NCBI GenBank assembly: GCA_965249575.1
Contig: OZ252244.1
Coordinates: forward strand, 2,112,001 to 2,176,000
Length of the DNA stretch: 64,000 bases
Direction of reading: 5' to 3'
DNA from: Gemmatimonadales bacterium
Lineage (GTDB): Bacteria > Gemmatimonadota > Gemmatimonadetes > Gemmatimonadales > GWC2-71-9
In this document: one piece after another, positions 49,548-59,504 of the stretch
How positions within the stretch are numbered: the first letter of the stretch is position 1
How the letters are laid out: every line of letters starts with the position of its first letter
Program-made: the position numbers and the translations under genes
The notes under the pieces: model-generated
Seen by the model: the letters and a program-made list of their open reading frames with translations, nothing else
Told to the model about the DNA's origin: nothing
Database searches by the model: none

Positions 49548-50339
49548 TCACACGCGCGCCATCCAGCTTCCACCATCCACCACGTAGATAGCTCCGGTGA
49601 TCCATTCGCCGCCGGGTCCCGCGAGAAAGACCGCCAGGTTGGCGATATCCGCAGGTCTCCCCCAGCGTCCAAGCGGAATTTGGGCGAGCATGTCATCGTC
49701 GAACGACGCGGCACTGGCGGCGCCCGGTTTGGGGGCGCTGAAGGCTGCCGTCGCTCCTTCCGTCTTGACCGGGCCCGGCGCAATCGCGTTCACCGTGATG
49801 CCGGCCGCCGCCCATTCAAGAGCGAGGGTCCTCGTCAGGGCGTCGACTCCAGCCTTGGCTGCCGAGGCGTGGGCCATCTGTGGCCAACCGCGGTAGTGCA
49901 GGGTCATCGAGATCGAGATGATTCGCCCCCCACCTTGGTGTCGCAGGTGCGGGTACGCCGCCTGGGAAACGAAAAACGTTCCGTAGAGATCGGTTTCGAC
50001 TACGGCGCGCCACCCATTCGGAGACAGATCCGCAGACGGTGCGTAGAAGTTGCCGGCGGCGTTGTTCACGAGGATGTCCAGGCGGCCGAACCGATCAACC
50101 GTACCGCTTACCATGCGTTTGACCGATTCCGGGTCGCGCACGTTCGCCTCGATCGCGTGCGCTCCGGTTCCGAACTCCCTTAGCTTCTCGACCGCCGGGT
50201 CGAGGTGCTCCCGTTTCCGGCTGGCGATCGCGACGTCTGCACCGTACCGCGCGAGCTCCTGCGCGATGCCAAACCCAATGCCAGTGCCGCCGCCGGTGAT
50301 GAGGGCGACCTGATCCTTCAAGAGATCTTTCTGGAACAT
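49548..50339 (-). CDS. SDR, 2,4-dienoyl-CoA reductase-like
   Basis: TGGGTGIG, NNAAGNF, HASAAKAGV, IAPGP. Confidence 0.85.
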   Translation of the reverse strand: MFQKDLLKDQVALITGGGTGIGFGIAQELARYGADVAIASRKREHLDPAVEKLREFGTGAHAIEANVRDPESVKRMVSGTVDRFGRLDILVNNAAGNFYAPSADLSPNGWRAVVETDLYGTFFVSQAAYPHLRHQGGGRIISISMTLHYRGWPQMAHASAAKAGVDALTRTLALEWAAAGITVNAIAPGPVKTEGATAAFSAPKPGAASAASFDDDMLAQIPLGRWGRPADIANLAVFLAGPGGEWITGAIYVVDGGSWMARV

Positions 50340-50457
50340 CGGGGTATCTCCTGACGATTCTCTCGGGATGCGGAGATTATATGCCGACGAGCGGCTTTGC
50401 GAACCCTCAGCCCCGGGGGTGGACAGGTTCGGGAATATCGTCGTATGCTCTGCGACT

Positions 50458-51771
50458 ATGCGCGTCCAGCGGGTTGTGATCATCGGAGCGGGTTTTGGCG
50501 GGCTCGAATGCGCGAAGCGCCTCGCTCAGGCGCCCGTTCAGGTCCTGCTTCTCGACCGCAACAACTACCATCTGTTCACGCCGCTACTCTACCAGGTGGC
50601 GAGTTCCCTTCTGAATCCCAGCGACATCGCGCATCCTGTGCGGGCCGTGCTCCGTGGGGCGTCAAATGTCCGATTTCGAATGGCGGAGGTGACGGGAGTC
50701 GATCTGGAGGCCAAGACCGTCCGGAGCGCTGACGGCTCCGAATTCCCCTATGAGTACGTCGTCATCGCCACCGGGAGCTCGACGAATTACTTCGGGCTCT
50801 CGTCCGTTCAGGCGACCGCGCGGGGACTCAAAGACCTGCCGGAGGCCCTCGAGCTCAGAAACCACGTGATGCGGTGCTTCGAGGCGGCCGCGCGGGCGGG
50901 CGGGCGTGATCGAGCGGCAGACTGGCTGAGGTTTGTCGTAGTCGGAGGCGGTCCCACGGGAGTCGAATACGCAGGAGCCCTGTCCGAGCTCGTCAGGCGC
51001 GTACTGGTCAAAGACTATCCCGACCTGGACCTCGGGCGGGTGCGCATCACGCTCGTCGAGGCTGCCGCCCGCGTGCTCCCGGCATTTCCGGAACCGCTGG
51101 GTCACGACGCCGGGCGACGGCTTCGGCGCATGGGGGTCGATGTACTCCTGAACACGAAGGTCCGAGGAGGATCCGATCGAGTGGTGCGTCTTTCCGGCGG
51201 TGAGTCCATCGAGGCCCGTACGCTCGTTTGGGCGGCGGGTGTCCAACCCTCGAATCTCGTTTCCGTTCTGGGAGCTCCAACGAGCGAGAGTGGCCGCCTG
51301 CTCGTCGACGAACAGTTGCGACTCAAGGGCCTGAGTTCGGCGTTTGCGATCGGCGACATCGCCGCCGTTTCGCAAGGTGGCGACGAGATCCCGATGCTGT
51401 CCGCGCCGGCGATACAGGAGGGGAGATACGTCGCTCGGGCGATTACCAGCGCCGCTAGATCGAGCTCGATGAAGGGGTTCCGCTATCGGGACAAGGGTAT
51501 CATGGCAACCATCGGTCGGCATGCAGCGGTCGCGCAAATCGGGCGCGTATCGCTCAGGGGCGCCCTTGGGTGGCTGGCGTGGCTGTTCGTGCACCTCTAC
51601 TTCATCATCGGCTTTCGGAACCGGATCGCCGTCATGATGGGGTGGGCCTGGAATTACCTTTTTTACGACCGCCCGATTCGACTCGTTACTAGGGCGCTGG
51701 ATCGAACCGGAGCCGGAGCTACGCCGAAAGGTTCGGCGCCTTCGACCGCGAGTCCCCGTGATGGTGCGTGA
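50458..51771 (+). CDS. ndh: Type II NADH dehydrogenase
   Basis: IIGAGFGG, HLFTPLLYQVA, VGGGPTGVE, AIGD, KGIMATIGR, WLFVHL. Confidence 0.9.
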   Translation: MRVQRVVIIGAGFGGLECAKRLAQAPVQVLLLDRNNYHLFTPLLYQVASSLLNPSDIAHPVRAVLRGASNVRFRMAEVTGVDLEAKTVRSADGSEFPYEYVVIATGSSTNYFGLSSVQATARGLKDLPEALELRNHVMRCFEAAARAGGRDRAADWLRFVVVGGGPTGVEYAGALSELVRRVLVKDYPDLDLGRVRITLVEAAARVLPAFPEPLGHDAGRRLRRMGVDVLLNTKVRGGSDRVVRLSGGESIEARTLVWAAGVQPSNLVSVLGAPTSESGRLLVDEQLRLKGLSSAFAIGDIAAVSQGGDEIPMLSAPAIQEGRYVARAITSAARSSSMKGFRYRDKGIMATIGRHAAVAQIGRVSLRGALGWLAWLFVHLYFIIGFRNRIAVMMGWAWNYLFYDRPIRLVTRALDRTGAGATPKGSAPSTASPRDGA

Positions 51772-51775
51772 GTCC

Positions 51776-53242
51776 CTAGGGCCGGTTCTCGAACAACACC
51801 AGATGGTCCGCCACCTCATCGATGCCGGTGATGTCTAGATCTCCGTCGTTGTCTCGGTCGTGCAGGATGGCGCAGGAACCGGCGGCGGTTGCGACAAGGG
51901 TTCTCGGATTGACCAGGACGCCCGAGCCGGTGTTTTCATACACAGTCCAGTTCGCCGAACCATAGTTGCTGGCGACGGCGTCGAGGTCCCCGTCTCCGTC
52001 CAGATCTCCGAGGTCGACCGCGACCGGGCGTGAACCGGATGGGTACGAGCCAGCCAGCCGCAGGCCGCCCTGGCCGTCTCCGAGTACCACCGCCACGGTG
52101 TTCTGGGGGATGTTCGACGCCAACACGTCGACATTACCGTCGCCGTCGACGTCACCCGCCGCGATCATCCATGGTCCACCGGCTATATCGATGCTGTGTG
52201 AACGGGTGAACCCGCCCTCACCATCCCCCAGCAGCACGACCAGGTCTTGGCTCCGGAACGCACCAACGAACAGATCGAGCAGTCCGTCGCCGTCTGCGTC
52301 TCCCACCGCGCAGGAGGTCTCCCCATCTCCTCCGGTTTCGAGGGTCGCCACGTTGGAAAAGCTCCCAGAGCCATCGTTTTCGAGGATGGACACGTTCCCC
52401 CCCCCGGCGCCGTCGCGGTTCGCGGTCACGATGTCCGTGTCGCCGTCGCCGTCGATGTCCAGGACGCAAAGACCCCGCACGCTCTGATCCGCCCGGAAAC
52501 TACCGGCATGGTCGAACGCCCCAGCCCCTACGCCACGGTACACGCTGACGAGATCGTTCCCGGCGTTCCCGACAGCGAAATCGATGAGACCGTCACCGTT
52601 GAAGTCGGCACCCTCGTTGGTGCTCGGGGTGTCGCCACCGGGGATCAACAGGCGCACGAAGTCACCGTAATCGCCGCTGCCGTCGTTGAGGAAAACGCGA
52701 ACGTCGTTACTCCGCTCGTTCGGCACCATGAGGTCCGGGTACCCGTCTCGGTTGAAGTCCCCAGCGTAAGCTCCATATGATTGAATGAGTCCCTCACCGC
52801 TCATTCGCACCGTGCGCACCCCGGTATGCGTCAAATCGAGTAAGCCCGCCGCCGCGCGCGCCCGAAAGGTCCAAGAGTGAGCGGTCGAAGCCCCTTCGTT
52901 TCCGTTCCCGGGCAGTCGGGGCATCGAAACTGTGATACGCTCGCCCGCGGCGAAGGGCACCTGCGGAGTGAATCGGAGCTGAGTGTTTCCGACCTCCAAC
53001 ACCGTGCTGCCCGCAATCGGGCCGCTCCAGCGGCCCCAAACATTGAGTGCCGTAGCCTGAAACGCGGACTCGTCCAGGGCGCGGTCGAAACCAATCACGA
53101 TCGAGGCATTCCGGTCGACCGAGGTGGCCCCCGGGCTGGGGGCGACGGAGACCACCGGAGGTCTGCCTAGTCCCGAGCCCGGGGCGGCGGCGTCATTGCA
53201 GGCAATGAGTCCGAGCGCGAGCGCTATTATCGCGCGGCGCAT
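51776..53242 (-). CDS. Lipoprotein with Ig-like domain and FG-GAP repeats
   Basis: Lipobox LIAC; about 7 repeats of the D-x-[DN]-x-D-G-x-x-D type. Confidence 0.85.
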   Translation of the reverse strand: MRRAIIALALGLIACNDAAAPGSGLGRPPVVSVAPSPGATSVDRNASIVIGFDRALDESAFQATALNVWGRWSGPIAGSTVLEVGNTQLRFTPQVPFAAGERITVSMPRLPGNGNEGASTAHSWTFRARAAAGLLDLTHTGVRTVRMSGEGLIQSYGAYAGDFNRDGYPDLMVPNERSNDVRVFLNDGSGDYGDFVRLLIPGGDTPSTNEGADFNGDGLIDFAVGNAGNDLVSVYRGVGAGAFDHAGSFRADQSVRGLCVLDIDGDGDTDIVTANRDGAGGGNVSILENDGSGSFSNVATLETGGDGETSCAVGDADGDGLLDLFVGAFRSQDLVVLLGDGEGGFTRSHSIDIAGGPWMIAAGDVDGDGNVDVLASNIPQNTVAVVLGDGQGGLRLAGSYPSGSRPVAVDLGDLDGDGDLDAVASNYGSANWTVYENTGSGVLVNPRTLVATAAGSCAILHDRDNDGDLDITGIDEVADHLVLFENRP

Positions 53243-53512
53243 GCGACCCAGGGAATCGAGCTGCGCATTTGGTATCGCGGTCCTCTGGTTGAATCCAGGG
53301 AGCTCGTGCCGCTCGCCCCGATCCGGAACTAAGTAGGCAACCGGCGATTGTTCAACGCCGACGAGCGGCGATGCTACGTGCGCCCGGCTACATTCGGGAA
53401 CGTGGCTCCCTGCGCGCGTGGGTATCGAAGCCAATTTCGTCCGCGACACGGCTGGCGCCTCGTTGTACCCCATTCCAAGGTTCGGGTCGGTGCGTATTTC
53501 AGCGGAAAGCCG

Positions 53513-53959
53513 ATGGTGAGCGAGGAGGCGGGCGGCAGAACCGGGTCGCCGGACACCCACCATTTGTTCGTTTACGGAACCCTGCGTGAGGCCGCGCGCC
53601 ACCCGATGCATGCAGAGCTTCGCCGCGATGCGTCCCTACTCGGTCGCGGGCTGTTTCATGGACTCTTGTTCGACCTTGGTCATTACCCTGGGGCAGTGCA
53701 TTCCAGTGCCACTGAGAATACTGTGACCGGGGAGGTGTACGCCCTGCAGCAGAGGCGATCGGGAGCCGTATTCGAAGCGCTCGATGCGTACGAGGGATGT
53801 CACGTGGAGAACCGCAAGGCTCAGTTCCGCAGGGAAATCGTCACTGTGAGCCTCGTGGATGGGCGCTCGATCCAGGCATGGGTTTATCTGTACACCGGCC
53901 TCATTCGAGGCCAGCCGATCCCCGGGGGTGACTACATACGCTATAAAGGGCTCGCATGA
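53513..53959 (+). CDS. Gamma-glutamylcyclotransferase (AIG2-like)
   Basis: LFVYGTL, YPG, GEVY, LDAYEG, AWVY. Confidence 0.85.
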   Translation: MVSEEAGGRTGSPDTHHLFVYGTLREAARHPMHAELRRDASLLGRGLFHGLLFDLGHYPGAVHSSATENTVTGEVYALQQRRSGAVFEALDAYEGCHVENRKAQFRREIVTVSLVDGRSIQAWVYLYTGLIRGQPIPGGDYIRYKGLA

Positions 53960-54022
53960 ACGGACGATCGGACTCGCTGGACATCGCAAGGGGAGCCCGA
54001 TTCCAGCCGCCGAGCCTCAGCG

Positions 54023-54100
54023 GTGACGGACTGGGCGCGCGCACGCCGCCAGTTCCCCTCGCTCGAGCGCCTTACGTATCTCGACCCGCGCAGTCGATGA
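54023..54100 (+). pseudogene. N-terminal remnant of a class V aminotransferase / cysteine desulfurase-like gene
   Basis: Reads VTDWARARRQFPSLERLTYLD then stops; matches the typical R-x-x-F-P..YLD N-terminus. Confidence 0.45.
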
Positions 54101-54123
54101 TCGGGTCGGGCGGAGAAGCCTAC

Positions 54124-55173
54124 CTAGGCCGCTGTCGCGCCCCCGCAGCTCGACCCAGCCCCAGCAGTGCATCCGAAGCAGTGCGGCGCGGTAGAGATGC
54201 GCCGGCGGTTGAGTTTCTCGAGATCGAAGTCGAATATCGTTCGCGGGGCGTCTCGCGAGACCTCCAGTTCGAGCATCTGGTTGAAGTCGCAGTCGAAGAG
54301 CCTGCCGTCCCACGAGACTGACAACGTGTTGCGGCACATCACTCCGGAAGCCGCAACCGGGTTGAAGGCGTTCACGAGCCGCTCCATGTATCCCTCGAGG
54401 TTCCCCGTCTCGATGAGCCAATCGAGAAAACGGGAGATTGGCATGTTGGTGATCGTATACAGCCGATTGAACTCGATGCCGTGCCGGTGCCGGAGTTCCC
54501 GTTTCCAGTCCCGCTCCGTCGCCTCCTGGTTGGCCGGCAGGTACGCTCCGACCGGGTTCGTTACGAGATTCAGGATCAATCCGGTTCCATCACGGCCATA
54601 TCCGAGCTCGTTCAGTTTATGGAGGGCTTGGATGGATTCCTCGTAGACTCCCTCTCCGCGCTGCGCATCCGTCCGTTTCCCGCTGAAATGCGGCAGCGAA
54701 CAGATGACCTCGACCCTGTGCTGGGCAAAGAACTCCGGAAGATCGCTGTAGTTGGGAAGCAGGAGCACGGTCAGGTTGCATCTGTCCATCACGTGCCGAT
54801 CGAGGCTCGTTGCCCGCTCCACGATCTCCCGGTAGTCAGGATGCAGCTCGGGTGCTCCGCCGGTGATGTCCAGTGTGGGGATATTTGTCGCCGCCAGCGT
54901 CTCGAGGCAGCGGTCCAGCACGCGGCGGGGCATCACCTCGGTTCGATCGGGGCCGGCGTCTACGTGACAGTGACGGCACGTCTGGTTGCACTTCTTCCCG
55001 ACATTTATTTGGAGAATCTCGATCCCAGTTGGCCGAAGTGGGGAGAGGCCGGCCCGGTCCATCAGATCGTCGAACCCATACTGCTGCGGAACGCCCGCCA
55101 GTCGTCTGAGCTGCTGCTCACCGTTCGCCAGCGGGTCGTGCCGCTTGTTGAGCGTCGGAAGAATGCGGCCCAT
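54124..55173 (-). CDS. arsS: Arsenosugar-biosynthesis-type radical SAM protein (Cys-rich C-terminal domain)
   Basis: QINVGKKCNQTCRHCHVDAGP, DITGGAPE, NMPISRF, MCR..DCDFNQML, HCFGCTAGAGSSCGG. Confidence 0.85.
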   Translation of the reverse strand: MGRILPTLNKRHDPLANGEQQLRRLAGVPQQYGFDDLMDRAGLSPLRPTGIEILQINVGKKCNQTCRHCHVDAGPDRTEVMPRRVLDRCLETLAATNIPTLDITGGAPELHPDYREIVERATSLDRHVMDRCNLTVLLLPNYSDLPEFFAQHRVEVICSLPHFSGKRTDAQRGEGVYEESIQALHKLNELGYGRDGTGLILNLVTNPVGAYLPANQEATERDWKRELRHRHGIEFNRLYTITNMPISRFLDWLIETGNLEGYMERLVNAFNPVAASGVMCRNTLSVSWDGRLFDCDFNQMLELEVSRDAPRTIFDFDLEKLNRRRISTAPHCFGCTAGAGSSCGGATAA

Positions 55174-55174
55174 G

Positions 55175-55507
55175 CTACATCCCCAGTTGCTGAACCTTGT
55201 TGCGCATTTGCAGCCCGTGGACGAGGGACGCTCCACCACGAATCGCTGCCGCCACGTGTACCGCTTCGGTCATCTGCTCGGGGTCAGAACCCTTCTCGAG
55301 GCATTCCTGTGAATATGCGTCGATACAGTAGGGACACTGCACCGCATGGGCCACCGCTAGGGCGATCAGTGCCTTTTCCCGCTCGCTGAGGGCCCCTTCG
55401 TCGAAAACCGCTCCGTACCAGGCGTTGAACTTCTCCCAGAGCCGCGGTACGTCTTCACCTATCTCGCTAAAGCGAGGCAAGTCGTGCGCGTTGTAGTAGT
55501 GATCCAT
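55175..55507 (-). CDS. AhpD/CMD-family peroxidase-like protein associated with arsS
   Basis: GALSEREKALIALAVAHAVQCPYCIDAY..GGASLVHG. Confidence 0.85.
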   Translation of the reverse strand: MDHYYNAHDLPRFSEIGEDVPRLWEKFNAWYGAVFDEGALSEREKALIALAVAHAVQCPYCIDAYSQECLEKGSDPEQMTEAVHVAAAIRGGASLVHGLQMRNKVQQLGM

Positions 55508-55599
55508 ACCGGCCTTGTCGGATTCCATCGCCAATCGCTCCTCCTGATAACGCCGAGAACGCGACCTGCGTTCCCGGCCCGGTCAGGACCACGGGTTCG

Positions 55600-56313
55600 T
55601 TAGGGGTTGGTGGGGCGGATGTCGAGCTCCGAAACCAGGGCCCGCTCGGGCAGCTCGAGGGCCGAGATCACGCTTGAGGCGACGTCCTCGGGCTGGAGGA
55701 CACGATCCGCGTTGTCGAGCGCCGCACCAGCCTTCCCGAAAAACGGTGTCTCCACCGAACCGGGGCACACGGCGATCACTCGGATGTTCTGTTTTCGCAC
55801 TTCCATCATCAGGGACCTGGAAAAGCCAAGCACGGCGTGCTTGGAGGCCGTGTATGCCGTCCCACCCACGAGACCGGTCCTGCCGGCGAGGCTTGCGATG
55901 TTGACGATGTGACCCTTTCCCGCCTCGAGCATCGAGGGGAGGAATGCCTTGGTCATGAGAAAAATGCCTCGCACGTTGGTGCCCATCGTCTCGTCAAACT
56001 GCTCAACGGTCAACTCGGCGAGTGGTCCGAAGTGGCCCATGCCGGCGTTGTTCACGAGGACGTCCGGGGTTCCGAGCTCGCTGAGAACGCGCTCTGCAAA
56101 ACTCGAAACGCCCCGTTGGTCAGAAACGTCGCAGGACCCGCCCATTGCAGTGACGCCGGCGCTCTCGAGGTGCCCGACGAGATCATTGACGCGATCGGCG
56201 GTACGTGCGCAGACAGCCACGCGGGCTCCCCGGGCACCTAACGCGAGCGCGATCGCCCGCCCGATCCCTTCAGTGGCCCCGGTGACGACACATCGGGCTC
56301 GGTCCAGGTTCAT
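55600..56313 (-). CDS. SDR oxidoreductase
   Basis: TGATEGIG, NNAG, YTASK, VCPGSV. Confidence 0.85.
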   Translation of the reverse strand: MNLDRARCVVTGATEGIGRAIALALGARGARVAVCARTADRVNDLVGHLESAGVTAMGGSCDVSDQRGVSSFAERVLSELGTPDVLVNNAGMGHFGPLAELTVEQFDETMGTNVRGIFLMTKAFLPSMLEAGKGHIVNIASLAGRTGLVGGTAYTASKHAVLGFSRSLMMEVRKQNIRVIAVCPGSVETPFFGKAGAALDNADRVLQPEDVASSVISALELPERALVSELDIRPTNP

Positions 56314-56398
56314 CAAAGGGAATCTAACGGATGGTTGGAAGCGAGCCGCGTTCGCACACGGGTCGCCGAATGTAGCGTTTGGAGGCTGGTGACTGCTG

Positions 56399-57679
56399 TT
56401 ACGACCTCGCTGGCGATCCCATGACGCCGGTCCAACGTGATGCGTCAGATTGGAAGCCCGGAAAGACGGCCCCAAGGTTCGTTGCACCGAGGTGCCGAAC
56501 CAGAACCTCGCTGAAGAGATCACGAAAATCTGTTGTGACGGCGAGGTCGCGCCCCTCGAAACGAGCTGCCGGCGCCAGGGTTGGCCAATCTCCGAGCACC
56601 CGGCCGCCCCAGGTGTCTCCCCCCAGCACGAGCATGGCCGTGGCTCGGCCATGGTCAGTTCCCCGGCTTCCGTTTTCCGCAATCGTGCGTCCGACCTCGC
56701 TCATCGTCAGTACGGTGACATCCGAGAGCCGTTCTCCGAGGTCACGGGCGAAGGCCGCGAGGGTTCGTCCCAAATCGGTGAGCCGAGCGGCCAGTTGGCC
56801 TCGCGCAGCCCCCTGGTTGACGTGCGTGTCCCAACCTCCCACGTCCGCAAACGCGATCTCGACTCCGAGATCGGCCTTGATGAGCTGCGCGATCTGCCGC
56901 ATCGCCGTTCCAAAACGGCTTGCCGGATAGCTAGCCTGGCTCGCCGGGCTATAGCGGCCCCGGTCGATCGTCCGGAGCTGGCGCACGGCTTCGAATCCTT
57001 CCCGAGAAGACGTCGCCACGAGACCGGTAGCAGATCCACGATAGAGATCTTCAAAGGCGCTCGAAACACGGTCCCGAGCGCCCGGCGGGCCGTGCAGTCC
57101 GAACGTCTGGAGATCGTCGATGGCAAGGGCCGGAGCGGCGTCCCGAAGCACGCGCGGCAGCTAACCGTCCATCGCCACCCCTCGGAATGGTGTGTCGCGA
57201 TGCTCGGAGGAGTGGATATACCGATTGAGCCAACCATCCTGCGTGGACTTCACGCCGGGGGTGTCGCTTTCCATGTAGTCCTGCGCGTCAAAGTGGCTGC
57301 GGGTCGGTTCCGGCGAGCCGACTGCGTGTACGACAGCCAAGGCGCCAGATGCGTACAGGGGGTGAAGCGGTGCCAGGGAGGGATGGAGCCCGAAGTGGCC
57401 GTCCAGATCGACGACCCCGTCGCTCCTGCCCGGTGGCTCCAATGCGATTCGCGGCCGCTCGGAGGTATAGAACGGATCGCCATGGGGGACGACCATGCTG
57501 AGTCCATCGACGGCGCCCCGTTGGAACACGCACACGAGGGTCTTGCGCCGCCCTTGTCCCGAGCTCCGCTCGGCTGCGTATGCAGCCCGGGTCAGAAAGA
57601 TCGGATCGATGCCAAAGCTCACCAGTGCAAGCCCGCTCGCCCTGACGAAGAAGCGTCTATCTACGCTTTGTGCGTTCAT
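56399..57679 (-). pseudogene. DUF1501 protein (Tat-type signal) interrupted by an in-frame TAG at 57161-57163
   Basis: DRRFF signal; FQRGAVDGL, RSHFDAQ, GWLNR, then stop; GGWDTH, SEVGRT, TDHG continue in the same frame. Confidence 0.8.
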
Positions 57680-57690
57680 GATCTGTACTC

Positions 57691-59415
57691 CTACTGCCGC
57701 TGAAATTCGGGACTTCCCAGAGCCAGGCCAAGCGCGACCGCTTGGGACTCCGACGGCCTGGTCACCGTCCCGAGCTGTTCTTTCATGATACGGAGAGTGT
57801 TGGCTGTCGCCTTCCCGCCGAGGACCGCCTGATTGACGGTGGCGATGAGTCGGTCGGGGTCCTCTGCGATTGGCGGCCGAGGCTCGCGCCACCTCACGCC
57901 GGGCAGGCGGCCAGCGGCCAACGCAACCGCCACATTGAGGCGGTCGAGCACCGCGCCAGCGCTGATCCAGGATTCCTGGGTTTCGGGATAGCCGGTCGGC
58001 GGCTGGTGGAGGAAGAGTGGTTGTCCGAGGCGGCCAATCACTTGAGCCAGCCTGAGCGTGGTATCGGGCTCCGCATGTGTCGCCCGCAGCGCGCTCGCGA
58101 CGAACTCGAGCGGGGTCTTTGTCTTGGAGTCACGATGCTCTGGCGAGTGAAACTCGGGGGCCAGAACGATCGCGCGCACGATCGCGCGGATCTCCCCCCC
58201 GCTCCTGCGCCACGCCTCGACCGCCGCATCGATACACCATCGTGGGGCTTGATCGCTCACGAATCGTTGGCAGAGCTTTCCACTCACGTGGCGTAGGGTC
58301 GACGGGTGGCCGGCTAGGAACCGTAGGAGTTCGAGGCCCTCGTCCATGCCGCGGCCCGCTGCGAACCGCCGGTCGAGGACGGTCTTCTCGCCACCGTCGT
58401 GCGCCCACACGTTGAAAACGAAGTTCGCACCCTGCTGCGGCGGGGACACGCTCCACCCCGTGAGGATTCGCGCGACCTCTACGACGTCCTGCTGACCGTA
58501 CCCTCCGTCGACGCCGATCGTGTGAAGCTCGAGGAGCTCTCGTGCGTAGTTCTCGTTGAGACCGCGCGGCCGCCGTTCCTCAGCGCGTTGGAGCATCGAG
58601 TCGATCCGCGCGCGGGATGGTCCCCGGCCGAAAGGGATTCGCCGCGCGCGCCGGCGTGCCATCACCTGTCGCGCACGGGCGAGCTGGGGCGGCTCGCTTC
58701 CGGGTCGGACTGACTCGGCATTGTCGAGATAGACCAGCATGGCCGGGCTGGTTGCCGTCGCGATCAGGAGATCCTCGAACGTCCCGATGGCCCGCGGCCG
58801 GACGACCTGCTCGATGTAGGAAGGCGTGAGGAACCGGCCGGCCCCCTTCGCCAAGAAGACGTTGAAGTGGTTCGTCCAGAAGTCCACCATGATCTCATAC
58901 AGCTGACGCTCGGAGAGAACGGCGCGGACGACCGTCGCCTGCTGTAACTGACCGATAAGCTGGCGCATCCGGCTGTTGGGGGCTCTGCCACGGCGCCGCG
59001 CTCCTGGCTCCCCGCTATCCATCGCGCGACCGGAGGGGTGCGAATCTGTCGCGGTGCGCGGGCGCTCCCTCCGCGCCTGGGCCTCCGCGCGAAAGATCAG
59101 CGCGAGCTCGCCGCGCGACATCCGCAATACCTCGAAGCGGTCGAGTCGTTCGGCGAGGCCGGGATCCGGCAGGGTCTCCGGCCCGAGTTGCTCTGCGACG
59201 AACTGTTCGATCCCCAGGTGGGCGACACGGTCGACGTCACCTGGGCGGGGTCCATAGGTGATCCGACTGAGTACGTGGGCGGCCCGCGCTCGAGTTTCGG
59301 AGTCCGCCGTGGCGGTCTGGACGAGACCCTGTGCGGCGGATGCGTGCAAGAACGCTACGCCGGCTAGAAGGAGCACGGTGGCAATGGGTAGCTGACTGGT
59401 CGTCTCGACCTTCAC
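57691..59415 (-). CDS. DUF1800 domain protein
   Basis: FWTNHFNV, SPAMLVYLDN, NENYARELLELHT, ARILTGW, SPEFQRQ. Confidence 0.9.
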   Translation of the reverse strand: MKVETTSQLPIATVLLLAGVAFLHASAAQGLVQTATADSETRARAAHVLSRITYGPRPGDVDRVAHLGIEQFVAEQLGPETLPDPGLAERLDRFEVLRMSRGELALIFRAEAQARRERPRTATDSHPSGRAMDSGEPGARRRGRAPNSRMRQLIGQLQQATVVRAVLSERQLYEIMVDFWTNHFNVFLAKGAGRFLTPSYIEQVVRPRAIGTFEDLLIATATSPAMLVYLDNAESVRPGSEPPQLARARQVMARRRARRIPFGRGPSRARIDSMLQRAEERRPRGLNENYARELLELHTIGVDGGYGQQDVVEVARILTGWSVSPPQQGANFVFNVWAHDGGEKTVLDRRFAAGRGMDEGLELLRFLAGHPSTLRHVSGKLCQRFVSDQAPRWCIDAAVEAWRRSGGEIRAIVRAIVLAPEFHSPEHRDSKTKTPLEFVASALRATHAEPDTTLRLAQVIGRLGQPLFLHQPPTGYPETQESWISAGAVLDRLNVAVALAAGRLPGVRWREPRPPIAEDPDRLIATVNQAVLGGKATANTLRIMKEQLGTVTRPSESQAVALGLALGSPEFQRQ

Positions 59416-59504
59416 GGGGCTGATCCCTCCTTGCTGCGCGATCGCGGTCCGCGAACCGCTCTCAGTCTCAGACGCTCTGGTAACCCCCGTGTTAACTTGC
59501 GCGC

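Noticed and set aside
11749..57163. Stop-codon reassignment or pyrrolysine readthrough suggested by two in-frame TAGs
   Set aside because: Many intact genes end at TAG with tight coupling (e.g. 18883, 19716); the two sites imply different residues (Trp, Gln); no pyl genes are seen.
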